Shown: in pieces, positions 51,501 through 61,778 of the stretch
Layout of the letters: the number at the start of each line of letters is the position of its first letter
How positions within the stretch are numbered: position 1 is the stretch's first letter
Source: an uncultured Verrucomicrobiales bacterium
GTDB lineage: Bacteria; Verrucomicrobiota; Verrucomicrobiia; Verrucomicrobiales; Akkermansiaceae
DNA length: 64,000 bases
Direction of reading: 5' to 3'
NCBI GenBank assembly: GCA_965651855.1
Contig: CBFGTW010000006.1
Coordinates: forward strand, 716 to 64,715
The notes under the pieces: model-generated
Told to the model about the DNA's origin: nothing
The model's input: only the letters and a program-made list of their open reading frames with translations
Databases searched by the model: none
Program-made: the position numbers and the translations under genes

Positions 51501-52194
51501 CGTTGAAATCCGGCACCGCGAAGCGCGCGGTGATCGTGCCGGTCTTCGCGCCGACGTTGGCGGTGCCGAAGAGCGCGGTGTCGCTGGCGGCGCCGGTGAT
51601 CGCGTTGCCGCGGCCGCCCCACGCGAGGGTGCTGTTGCCGCGCAGGACGACCCAGAAGTCGGACACCGCGACGTGCCCGGCGCCATTGAACTCGCCGTCC
51701 GCGAAGCCGTCCTGGATCTTGCCTGTGCCGCTGATCGCGTCTCCGGCCGCCAGCGCTTCGTCTCGGCTCATGCCGATGCCGAAACCGCCGCCCTGCCCGG
51801 GGCTCCCGCCGGCGAAGGCCGTGACGTCCACGGAAACCGAAAAGCCGCCGGCGGCCAGGATCGCGGCATCGGTGAAATTGCGGTCCACCACCGCGTTCGA
51901 CGTGCCCGCGCCGACGGCAAGCTCGAGCCGATTCGTCGCGATCCGCGCGCCGCCGCCATTCGTCGGATCGCCGTCCTGGACGCCGAACGCTGGACCGCGG
52001 TTCAGTTCGTCGAGAAACGGCTGCAACCAATGCGGCGAGGAAAGCTCCAAGCCCGCCGCGGCGGTCACGCCTGCGGTGCTGGCGGCGATGTCCCGGCTGT
52101 CCGGCCGGTCGAAGGTGTCTCGGAACAAGAGCTCCTGCGCGGTGGCCGGAAAGGCGCCCGCGAGCAGCAGGCAAAGCGGAATGCGGTGGTTCAT
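48571..52194 (-). CDS. Multidomain Cys-type arylsulfatase flanked by two copies of an unknown FDRPD-type ~250-aa domain, with a TSP3-like C-terminal module
   Basis: 1207 aa with a signal peptide. Domain copy 1: LLFRDTFDRPDSRDIAASTAG. Sulfatase core: PNVVVILADDLGWGDLG...CSPTRVSLLTG. Domain copy 2: DLFVDTFNRADNVNIDDSAEG. The C-terminus is DADPDGDGLPNFGEWAFGTNP...LFVRVSAVSP. Confidence 0.88.
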   Translation of the reverse strand: MNHRIPLCLLLAGAFPATAQELLFRDTFDRPDSRDIAASTAGVTAAAGLELSSPHWLQPFLDELNRGPAFGVQDGDPTNGGGARIATNRLELAVGAGTSNAVVDRNFTDAAILAAGGFSVSVDVTAFAGGSPGQGGGFGIGMSRDEALAAGDAISGTGKIQDGFADGEFNGAGHVAVSDFWVVLRGNSTLAWGGRGNAITGAASDTALFGTANVGAKTGTITARFAVPDFNDGSTVQFEVLVNGALVGRGSFPWTGTEENHIGLDARDGTGVTFDNFAVETWTPVPPPEGPNVVVILADDLGWGDLGSYGGEIATPHLDALAADGVRFRQFYNSARCSPTRVSLLTGLYPQQGAVNPAAALPDLRNDNNVTFAELLGSQGYRTYLAGKWHLGNGAYLPENRGFQHVWRMGDGQANNTNQWNQSAYTLVSQNNEIAFRDYTGSGAQFYQTDAIGDYGTDFVNHSVAKGDDRPFAMFLSFGAPHFPIQAPAELADAYQETYARGWDVLRRERYDRQLAMGVIDERYPFLPRGGVGPHQQEPIVAIPAWDPLSAARKADSTRRMALYAAMVEKLDENVGKVVERLRETNRLDDTLILFMSDNGGNHERGVFGTWTGPADPGPLTGQALADMGQPGPSGTANDGIHYGGAWSNVSNSPLKLSKHFTHEGGIRSPLIAHWPDGFEAENVWAETPVHLIDIMATIVDATGADYPETFNNHPVLPLEGESLLPLLRGESIPERSLFVEHEANRMVRKGKWKLVTEAWTAHDNEFRAHQRLLYDMDADPGETVNLAAQHPEKVVELVDEWNAWATRVGLPAARQIPPPPVNVTPGPTAGDLFVDTFNRADNVNIDDSAEGMAGSRVPPIGTGAAWFEGFEGSGTGSLQIADNILQMATGAGMSETGVDHNFIGPDILAAGGFSVSLRVLQIESELSDLANRYAGFGVGLNAADAAAGNDIGTHDPANPAIRGNGGGNPGRADCFVELDLNGNVKLWTGGTLRATVPVGKTAGTITAAFECDSFAAGSTVTVSLWFDGEPLDLGTAGTFTWSESDANHVALSARASAHVWVDNFAVRRLPLAGAWAIDHAISAGLDGADSAPDADPDGDGLPNFGEWAFGTNPARADGEVAATSIVLEAGSLRFAHRRLAAFAAAGAGFRYHVSEDLEAWTEVFPSQVAATALPASEGYEAVSLELPAADWNGKPKLFVRVSAVSP

Positions 52195-52267
52195 GGGAAA
52201 TGGCTGGAAAAAGAGGCCGGGCGGCCACCCGGCCGCCCGGCGTTGTGGTACCCCAATGAAAATCCGA

Positions 52268-53176
52268 TCAGCGGCGGCGGCGGAGAAGCGCGGCCGCGCC
52301 GAGCAGCCCGAGCAGAGCGGCGGACGGCTCGGGGATGGTTTCGACCACGAAGTTGTCGAACGACGTGCCGCTGCTGCGGGCGTCCAGGCCGATGTAGTTC
52401 TCGTTGGTCCCGGTCCAGGTGAAGGTGCCGGTGCCCTGCGAGGTGGAATCGAGGAACACCTCGTAGTTCACGGTGCTGCCGTCGCTGAAATCGCCGAGCA
52501 GGAAATCCACGCTGATCGTACCGGTCTTCGCCGTCAGGCCGCCGACGCCCATCACGTTTCCGGTCCGGCCGCCCCAGACGAGCGAGTTGTTGCCGCGGAG
52601 CGCCACCCAGAAGTCGGAGACGATGTTCGTCGGATCGGGAGCGACCGGCGCGCCGATGAAGCCGTTCGGATCCGGCGTGAAGGCCCCGACCATCGAAGGC
52701 GTGGAAGTGAGATAGGGATCCGCGGCGGAATTCGCGCCGTCCAGCGACATGCCGACCGCGAAGCCGCCGCCGAACTGCCGCTCGGAGTTCGGGTAGGCCG
52801 TGACGTCCACGGTGACGCGGAAGCCGCCCGCGGCGAGGATCGAGCTGTTGACGAAGTTGTGGTTGACGAACGCGTTGGACGTGCCGGTCCCGGTCGCGAG
52901 TTCCAGGGTGTTGCTGATGATCCGGGCGCCCCCGCCATTCGCGCCCTCACCGTCTTGCACGCCGTACGTGGGGGCATCGTTGTTCGGATCGATGAAGCCG
53001 TGGATCCAGGTGTTTTCGGTCCCCAGTGCGCTGCCGGTGTTGTTGGTGATGCCGGCGGTCGAGCCGTCGATGTTCCGGTTGTCCGGGCGGTCGAACGAGT
53101 CCGCGAAGAGGATCGCGGCGGAGGAGGTCTGCGCGAGCGGCAGGGCGAGGAGTAAGGTGGCGAGGTTTTTTTTCAT
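52268..53176 (-). CDS. PEP-CTERM protein consisting of a single FDRPD-type domain
   Basis: Signal peptide is followed by ILFADSFDRPDNRNIDGSTAG...ILAAGGFRVTVDVT...GGFAVGMS. This is homologous to both flanking domains of the neighbouring sulfatase. The C-terminus is IPEPSAALLGLLGAAALLRRRR. Confidence 0.85.
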   Translation of the reverse strand: MKKNLATLLLALPLAQTSSAAILFADSFDRPDNRNIDGSTAGITNNTGSALGTENTWIHGFIDPNNDAPTYGVQDGEGANGGGARIISNTLELATGTGTSNAFVNHNFVNSSILAAGGFRVTVDVTAYPNSERQFGGGFAVGMSLDGANSAADPYLTSTPSMVGAFTPDPNGFIGAPVAPDPTNIVSDFWVALRGNNSLVWGGRTGNVMGVGGLTAKTGTISVDFLLGDFSDGSTVNYEVFLDSTSQGTGTFTWTGTNENYIGLDARSSGTSFDNFVVETIPEPSAALLGLLGAAALLRRRR

Positions 53177-53356
53177 GGATGTGGGTTCGAATGAGCCGCG
53201 GGCGGCGCCGGCTCCCCGCGGGCACGGGTCCCGCGGGGAGGTGGGTTTCGGAGTATCCGCACGGCGCGGCGTGCCGCTGGAGCGGTTGATCAGAGGTGTC
53301 GCGGGACGAGGCCGCGTTCCGCGAAAATTTTTTCCCCCCGCACGCCGGGCCCGGCG

Positions 53357-54751
53357 TCACTCCTCTTCCACGATCACCCGCACGTCGTCCGTGGAAACGC
53401 CGGCGTAGAAGCGCACGTGCACGGTCCGGCGGTCCTCGGAGAGGGTCACGGTGTCCGGCGGATTGAGGTGCTGCTCGATTTCGATGCCGCGGTAAATCCC
53501 GCCCCACTCGCCGATGGTGAAGGCGGGATCGGTCGCCTCGAGGGCATCGATCTTGCAGGCGATGGCCACCACCGGGCGGTCGAAGGTGACCTCGCCCTCG
53601 AATTCGAGGAAGTGCTCCTCGGAGAACACGCCGACCGGGTTGTAGCGGATCAGGTAGCTGCCGAGGCGCTTGCCGGGCTGCGGCTCGAGGACGTGCAGCC
53701 GGCCGTCGAAATCGCCGGGCAAAGTGCCGGGCTTGATAATCTCGGCGCGGATCGGCTGCTCGAAGCGGACGTCGCGCCGTTCGGGAATCACCAGCACGTG
53801 GTGGTCGTCTTCCACGGACACGAGCTTTTCCGGGACATCCGGGCGCACCGGCATGAGCGCGCCGCGGGTGGCGAGGATGCCGTGGGAGAGCGCCCAGGTC
53901 TTGTGGAAGCCGGAGGGGTCGAAAACGATGTCGCGCAGGGGCTCGGCGAGCGTTGTTTCCACCGCGTCCCCCATGGCCAGCTGTCGTTTGTCCTCGCCCT
54001 TCTCGACTTCGACGCGGCCGTCCAGCACCATGAACTTCGCTCGGCCGGCGCTGGCGTTGACGCCGAAGGAAGTGCCGAGATCGGTAAGCGAGGCGGAGGC
54101 GGTGGTGACCCGGAAGCCATGCGCCGATTCCGGGCACCAGCCGTTGAGGCGTCCGCGCCCGAGGGCCACTTCCATGCCGGAGACCACCGTGAGGTCGGCC
54201 GGGGCCTCGACGGCGATCACCGCGCCATTCGCGAATTCCAGGCGGATCCAGCCGGCGTCCTCCACCAGCCGGCCGCCGGCGCGGACCGTCCCGTGGCCGA
54301 TGATTTCGCCCGAGGCGTCCATTCGCTCGAGGCGTGCCACCGCCGGTGGCTGTGGGTCCGCCGCACCGGCCGTCGCCGGCTTGCTCCCGCCGTCCTGCCG
54401 GAACAGCAAGGGCAGCAGCGCCAGCGCGGCCATGGCAGCCACGGCCAGCCCGAAAGCCACTCGCCGGCGCACGATCCGCCGCGTCACCCGCCGGGGGAAG
54501 CTGTCCTCGGCCTCGGCCGCGATCTTGACGACGTGAGCCGCCGTGCGGTCCGCGAAGTCGTCCTCCGCGTCCTCCGCCGCGGTCATGCCGGTGAGCAGGC
54601 CGCCTACCTCGAGATGGCCGCGCACCTCGTCGAGAAGGTCGGGATTTTCCCGCAGCATGGCGACGAGCCGCTCGTGTCCGGGCTCGTCGAGGGCGCCTTC
54701 GCAAAGCGATTCGAAGAGTTCGATGAACTCGTCTGGAGTGTCCCGGTTCAT
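53357..54751 (-). CDS. FecR-family anti-sigma factor with extended C-terminal domain
   Basis: The ATG at 54751 overlaps the sigma gene stop (ATGA). An N-terminal cytoplasmic anti-sigma helix region is followed by one TM segment (VAFGLAVAAMAALALLPLLF) and a FecR-like region (GWIRLEFANGAVIAVEAPADLTV...VLDGRVEVEKG). About 200 further residues are of unknown fold. Confidence 0.75.
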   Translation of the reverse strand: MNRDTPDEFIELFESLCEGALDEPGHERLVAMLRENPDLLDEVRGHLEVGGLLTGMTAAEDAEDDFADRTAAHVVKIAAEAEDSFPRRVTRRIVRRRVAFGLAVAAMAALALLPLLFRQDGGSKPATAGAADPQPPAVARLERMDASGEIIGHGTVRAGGRLVEDAGWIRLEFANGAVIAVEAPADLTVVSGMEVALGRGRLNGWCPESAHGFRVTTASASLTDLGTSFGVNASAGRAKFMVLDGRVEVEKGEDKRQLAMGDAVETTLAEPLRDIVFDPSGFHKTWALSHGILATRGALMPVRPDVPEKLVSVEDDHHVLVIPERRDVRFEQPIRAEIIKPGTLPGDFDGRLHVLEPQPGKRLGSYLIRYNPVGVFSEEHFLEFEGEVTFDRPVVAIACKIDALEATDPAFTIGEWGGIYRGIEIEQHLNPPDTVTLSEDRRTVHVRFYAGVSTDDVRVIVEEE

Positions 54752-55281
54752 CCGTTCGCGTCCGCCAGTTTCTGTTTCAGACAATCGGCCAATGCCTGCC
54801 GGGCATGGAAGAGCGTTTTTCGCACCGCGGCCGGCTTCATCGCGAGTTCGCGCCCGATTTCGCCGGAGTTCCGGTCCTTGAAGTAGCGGGACTCGATCGC
54901 CGTGCGGGCCCGTCCGGTCAAGCGGCCGAGGCAGGCCCGGAGCGCGTCGCGCCGCACCTCGAGATCGGAAAGTTCGCCGGCCTCGCGTTCGTCGCCTTCG
55001 CCGGCCTCGATCAACAAGGTGGTCAGGTTTTCGTTGAGCAGGCGCTGGCGGCGGTTGAGTTTCGCGGTCTCGTTGAGGACCACGTTGCGTGCGATCGCCC
55101 GCAGCCAGGCGCCGGGATTTTCCACCGTCTCGAATTCCTCCCACTTCCGGTAAGCGATGAGAAAGGCGTCCTGCGCCACGTCGTCCACCCACGCGGCGTT
55201 CACCCCGAGCCCGTGGATGAAGTAACGCAGGCTGGAATGATGCTCGCGGATGACGCGGGTGAATTCTCCGAGATCGGGCAT
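54748..55281 (-). CDS. ECF-type RNA polymerase sigma factor
   Basis: 177 aa from the ATG at 55281. Region 2: DDVAQDAFLIAYRKWEEF...WLRAIARN. Region 4: RYFKDRNSGEIGRELAMKPAAVRKTLFHARQAL. Confidence 0.88.
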   Translation of the reverse strand: MPDLGEFTRVIREHHSSLRYFIHGLGVNAAWVDDVAQDAFLIAYRKWEEFETVENPGAWLRAIARNVVLNETAKLNRRQRLLNENLTTLLIEAGEGDEREAGELSDLEVRRDALRACLGRLTGRARTAIESRYFKDRNSGEIGRELAMKPAAVRKTLFHARQALADCLKQKLADANG

Positions 55282-55443
55282 GTCCTCCGTGGAACGTGTC
55301 GCGGCGGTGTCCGGCGTTCCCCTTCCGTTTGGAAAAACATTAAGCCTTTTCCCGCCGGCCTGGAACAGTCCCTCTTGTCCGCGAAACCCGCTTTGGAAAC
55401 CGGCGATGGACGAACCGGCCCCGGCCGAGCGCTCACCTGTCAC

Positions 55444-56508
55444 ATGAAAACCCCGCGATTTTTCCTCACGTTCCTGCCGTTTGTCTTCGCCGCGGGTTGT
55501 TCGGACGAGCGCCCGGCGGCGTCCGGAGAGCCTGCCGCCGTGCTCGGCCGGGCCGGGGGCATGGTCCACCTCGCGGGCGGCACCTACACCCGCGGCCACG
55601 ACGGCGGCTTCGACACGCCGTACGGCCGGAAGGAGTTCCCCGAGGAACAACCCGCGCGCCGCACGACCGTCGGGCCGTTCTGGATCGACGTCACCGAGGT
55701 GACCAACGCGCAATTCGCGGAATTCGTCGCCGCCACCGGCTACGTCACCTTCGCCGAGCGGCCGCTCGATGTTTCGTCGCTGCCGGCGGAAGCCCGCGCC
55801 CAGCTCCCGCCCGGCGAGGTGCGGAACGGCGCGTTGGTTTTCCTCGAAACGCCGGTCGAGGGCGATCCGAACCAGCCCGGAGCCGAGCTCCAGTGGTGGA
55901 AATGGGAGCCGGCCGCCTCGTGGCGCGCCCCGGAAGGCGTGGGCAGCACGATCGAGGGGAAGGACGAGCATCCCGTCGTCTGCGTGAACCACGAGGACGC
56001 CGCCGCCTACGCGGCCTGGGCCGGCAAGCGCCTGCCCACCGAGGCGGAGTGGGAGTTCGCCGCGCGCGGCGGCCTCGAGCGCAAGGTGTTCACCTGGGGC
56101 GACGAGCTGAAACCGGACGGCCGCTGGATGGCGAACACCTGGCAAGGCGAGTTTCCCTCGGAGAACACCGCCGAGGACGGCTTCACCCGCAGCGCTCCGG
56201 CCGGCAGTTTTCCACCGAATGGCTTCGGCCTCCACGATATGGCCGGAAACGTCTGGGAAATCTGCGCCGATCTCTTCGATCCCGGCCACCTCGGCGTGTG
56301 CGCCGCCGAGGACCCGCAGGGGCCGGCCACCTGGTTCGATCCGGACACCGGCCGCCACGGCACCGGCGCCCCCCGCCACGTCATCAAGGGCGGCTCGTTT
56401 CTCTGCCATGTCTCCTACTGCATGCGCTACCGCCCCGCCGCCCGCCACTCGCAAGCCGGCGATTCCCCCACGAACCACACCGGTTTCCGCTGCGTGAAGG
56501 ACGGGTGA
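55444..56508 (+). CDS. Formylglycine-generating enzyme (canonical FGE/SUMF1-type), lipoprotein
   Basis: The ATG at 55444 gives lipobox FVFAAGC. Motifs RLPTEAEWEFAARGG, NGFGLHDMAGNVWE and KGGSFLCHVSYCMRYRPAAR (catalytic Cys pair region) are present. Confidence 0.88.
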   Translation: MKTPRFFLTFLPFVFAAGCSDERPAASGEPAAVLGRAGGMVHLAGGTYTRGHDGGFDTPYGRKEFPEEQPARRTTVGPFWIDVTEVTNAQFAEFVAATGYVTFAERPLDVSSLPAEARAQLPPGEVRNGALVFLETPVEGDPNQPGAELQWWKWEPAASWRAPEGVGSTIEGKDEHPVVCVNHEDAAAYAAWAGKRLPTEAEWEFAARGGLERKVFTWGDELKPDGRWMANTWQGEFPSENTAEDGFTRSAPAGSFPPNGFGLHDMAGNVWEICADLFDPGHLGVCAAEDPQGPATWFDPDTGRHGTGAPRHVIKGGSFLCHVSYCMRYRPAARHSQAGDSPTNHTGFRCVKDG

Positions 56509-56573
56509 AGCGGAGTTCGCCTGCGGATTTCCCCTGCTTGACTCGCCGGGGAGGCTTTTCATGATCCGCGACC

Positions 56574-56705
56574 ATGAAACGTCCCGTCGCCCTCGCCGCC
56601 CTGCTCGTGGCCGCGCTCCTGCTGTCCTCGTGCGGCTTGGCCAAGAATACGGCCAACACCCTCGGCCGGACGGTGCAGGGCGTGACCCGTTCGGTGGGCC
56701 TCTAA
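56574..56705 (+). CDS. 43-aa entericidin-like small lipoprotein (not in the supplied ORF track)
   Basis: Hand translation gives MKRPVALAALLVAALLLSSCGLAKNTANTLGRTVQGVTRSVGL then a stop. It has a lipobox (LSSC), a Gly/Thr-rich mature peptide and a strong terminator downstream. Confidence 0.55.
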   Translation: MKRPVALAALLVAALLLSSCGLAKNTANTLGRTVQGVTRSVGL

Positions 56706-56755
56706 CACCTGGGGCCTTGACCTGAAGCGGGCGGAGCGGCTATGCCTTAGGGCGG

Positions 56756-56796
56756 AAATCCGTCCGGCCCGCCGTCAGTGCAGCGGACGGATTTTT
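56756..56796 (+). terminator. Intrinsic terminator downstream of the small lipoprotein gene
   Basis: aaatccgtccg (56756..56766) pairs with cggacggattt (56784..56794), an 11-bp stem with a 17-nt loop. The stem runs into a T5 tract. Confidence 0.65.
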
Positions 56797-56821
56797 CCGT
56801 ATCGGAAGAACCCGCGCCGCC

Positions 56822-59017
<2,196 letters not shown>

Positions 59018-59167
59018 AGGGGGGGCTGCCTGAAATGGGGGGGCGGCGCGCCGCGGATTTGGCTCGATTGGTCCTTCGCCGGGCACCATGCCTTATGCGC
59101 GGAGTCCCCATTGCCCTCGCGCGCCCTGCGCAAGCCATGGGCGGTTCCGTCCGAACCCCCAAACCCA

Positions 59168-61657
59168 ATGAAACTGAAATACCTGCCGTCCAAGCGCGGC
59201 GGCTTCAACAACATCATCACGTCCGTCAGCCTTCCCGCGATCCGGACGTGCGGCGGCGCGGCATTGACCGCGGCATTCATCCTCGGTGCCCATTCCCTCC
59301 ACGCCGCGGACGTCGTCTGGGACGGCGGCGGCGATGGCGTGTCCTTGGACCAACCGGAGAACTGGACCGGCGACGCCCTGCCCAGCCTCGCGACACCGGA
59401 CACCGGCGTTTTCGACGGAACCGCCGCCGGCGATTTGTCGCTCACGTACGGCGGAGGACTCGGTGGAAGCCCCGGCAACCTCGGGCTCAACCTGCAGCTC
59501 GCCGGCACCCAGACCTCTCCGGTCTCGCTCGACAGCGGACTGGTGACCGGGGCCTTGCGGCTCAACAACATCACCCTCGATTCCGGCTCCGGGGCGTTCA
59601 CGCTCGGCGACGGCAGCGATGTGTTCAACATCACTCTCGGCGGTGCTGGTGGACAAACCCACACCTGGACCAACAACTCGTCCAACACCGCGACCATCCG
59701 CTCCGACGTGAGCTTTGGCATGGGCGGAGGCGGAAGCCACGTCCTCGCGTTGACCGGCTCGGGCAACTGGGCGGCGCAGAACAACCTGGCTCCGTCGAAC
59801 GCGGCGGTGCTCAACCTTCTGAAGACCGGCTCGGGCTCGGCCACCTTGTCCGGCGGCGGGACCTTCGGCACCGGTGCGATCGGCGGCTTCGGCAACGGCA
59901 CCTTCTCCGCCGTCTTCCGTGGCGGCACCACCACCCTCGCCGGCGGGAACTTCACTTCCGCGGGCGAACTGGTGGTCGGCGGGGTTGTCACCAACGGTGA
60001 AGCCGGAGTGAACACCAACCTCACCGTGGATGCAGGCTCCCTAACGGTGAACAGCTGGCTCTCCATAGGCCGCGGCAATGGCACCGGCGGCGTCTCGTCG
60101 GACCTGACCTTGAACAACTCGGCCGTCGTCACCGCGACGAACTTCTCGGGTGGCTTCAACTCGGGCAGCACCCTGAACATGGCCAAGGGCGTGATCACCC
60201 TCAACGATTCCTCGAGGCTGAGCGTCGTGAACGCCGTGAACATCGCGGAATCGGCGGGCTCCGACATCACGCTCAATATCAACGGCGGCGCCCTGTTCGA
60301 GCAGACGGCCAACTCGCAGCAGACCCGCCTGGGCATGGCCGATGGAGCTGTCGGCAGGATCAACGTCAACGGCGGAACCGCCACGTTCCACCGGGATCTG
60401 ATCGTCGGCAGCGGCGGCACGGGCTCGGGGATCATCACGTTGGAGAGCGGCACCATCAATGCCGCCACCACGGTCAAACGCTGGCTGATCGTCGGCCAGA
60501 ACAACGCCGCGAGCGGCGGGATTGTCGTCGATGGGGGCAACCTCAACCTCAACACCAACACCGACCTCCGCTTCAGCACGACCAACACGGCTGCCGGAAC
60601 CAACGTGGTGACGCTCAACGATGGCGCGATCACCTCGTTCACCGGCAACGCGACGGGCGACAACGGCGCCGGTGTGGTGGACCTGATGCAGTCGGGAACG
60701 GCCACCGCCAACAACACGTTCAACTTGAACGGCGGCACGCTCGCCGTCCGGCAGGTGATCTCGGCCACCAACAACGGCACGCGAACCTTGAACTTCAATG
60801 GCGGCACGCTGCGCGCGACGGGTGACACGGCGGCCCTCGTCAATCTTGGCACCGGCAACGCGTTCGCCAACGTGCGCGATGGTGGCGCGGTGATCGACAC
60901 CAACGGCTTCAGCGTCACCGTTCCCCAAGCTCTCGTCCACAGCAACATCGTGGACGACGCCGCGATCGACGGCGGTCTCACCAAGACCGGCGCCGGCACG
61001 CTGACGCTCTCCGGCACGAACACCTACACCGGTCTGACCACCGTCTCGGCGGGCACGCTCGCTCTCGCGGCGGGCGGTTCCATCGACGACAGCGCGGGCG
61101 TGGAGATCGCCACCGGGGCCACCTTCGACGTGAGCGCCAAGGCGGGTTACACGGTCGGGTCGGTCACCGGCGTCGGCAACGTGGTCGGCGCGCTGACCGT
61201 CTCCACCCAGCTGTCGATCGGCAACTCGCCGGGAACGATGGCGTTTGGCGGCGACCTCACGCTCGGCACCGGCGGCGCGCCGTTCGCCAACGCGATGTTC
61301 GAAGTCGTCGGCGGTGGAACCTCCGCGGATCTCGGCATCGTTTCCGGCACGCTCGACCTGAACGGCGTGACGCTCGATCTGGTCCAGCTCGGAAGTTATA
61401 CCTTCGGTGACACGTTCACGCTCTTCGCGGCCAGCGACGGCGTGACCGGCGCCTTCGAGGGCCTGGCCGAGGGTTCCTCCTTCACCGCTGCCGGCGGCGA
61501 GTGGATGATCACCTACAGCGCCACCACCGAAGGCCAGAACTGGTCCGGCGATCCGACGGGTTTCTCCTTCGTCAACGTCATGGCCGTTCCCGAGCCAAGC
61601 GTCGCAGTCCTCGGAGTTCTCGGCGCGCTCGCGTTGCTCCGCCGCCGCCGCGCCTGA
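59168..61657 (+). CDS. PATR-repeat protein with PEP-CTERM anchor
   Basis: The ATG at 59168 is followed by a long signal region ending HSLHAADVVW. PATR unit: LTKTGAGTLTLSGTNTYTGLTTVSAGTLALAAGG. The C-terminus is MAVPEPSVAVLGVLGALALLRRRRA. Confidence 0.85.
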   Translation: MKLKYLPSKRGGFNNIITSVSLPAIRTCGGAALTAAFILGAHSLHAADVVWDGGGDGVSLDQPENWTGDALPSLATPDTGVFDGTAAGDLSLTYGGGLGGSPGNLGLNLQLAGTQTSPVSLDSGLVTGALRLNNITLDSGSGAFTLGDGSDVFNITLGGAGGQTHTWTNNSSNTATIRSDVSFGMGGGGSHVLALTGSGNWAAQNNLAPSNAAVLNLLKTGSGSATLSGGGTFGTGAIGGFGNGTFSAVFRGGTTTLAGGNFTSAGELVVGGVVTNGEAGVNTNLTVDAGSLTVNSWLSIGRGNGTGGVSSDLTLNNSAVVTATNFSGGFNSGSTLNMAKGVITLNDSSRLSVVNAVNIAESAGSDITLNINGGALFEQTANSQQTRLGMADGAVGRINVNGGTATFHRDLIVGSGGTGSGIITLESGTINAATTVKRWLIVGQNNAASGGIVVDGGNLNLNTNTDLRFSTTNTAAGTNVVTLNDGAITSFTGNATGDNGAGVVDLMQSGTATANNTFNLNGGTLAVRQVISATNNGTRTLNFNGGTLRATGDTAALVNLGTGNAFANVRDGGAVIDTNGFSVTVPQALVHSNIVDDAAIDGGLTKTGAGTLTLSGTNTYTGLTTVSAGTLALAAGGSIDDSAGVEIATGATFDVSAKAGYTVGSVTGVGNVVGALTVSTQLSIGNSPGTMAFGGDLTLGTGGAPFANAMFEVVGGGTSADLGIVSGTLDLNGVTLDLVQLGSYTFGDTFTLFAASDGVTGAFEGLAEGSSFTAAGGEWMITYSATTEGQNWSGDPTGFSFVNVMAVPEPSVAVLGVLGALALLRRRRA

Positions 61658-61678
61658 TCCGTCGTTGTTGTCGTCCTG

Positions 61679-61714
61679 CGGCCGCGCGTTCTCCGGAGCG
61701 CGCGGCCGTTTCTT
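61679..61714 (+). terminator. Intrinsic terminator after the PATR gene
   Basis: cggccgcgcg (61679..61688) pairs with cgcgcggccg (61699..61708), a 10-bp stem with a 10-nt loop. It is followed by TTTCTT. Confidence 0.6.
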
Positions 61715-61778
61715 GTCTCAGGGGGCAACCTCCGCGGGGGATTGTGGCATCGCGCCGGATATGCATCATCGTCCCGAA

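Noticed and set aside
53181-53200. The sequence gtgggttcgaatgagcc, which resembles a tRNA T-loop (GGTTCGAAT).
   Set aside because: The flanking bases do not form a T-stem: gtggg is not complementary to gagcc. No acceptor or anticodon arms can be drawn. It lies just upstream of the start of the gene at 52268..53176.
55282-55443. Calling specific ECF-type promoters in the sigma/FGE divergent intergenic region as features.
   Set aside because: GGAAC motifs are present, but the spacing to plausible -10 elements is ambiguous and this sigma factor's specificity is unknown. They are mentioned only as a hypothesis inside the sulfatase-island finding.
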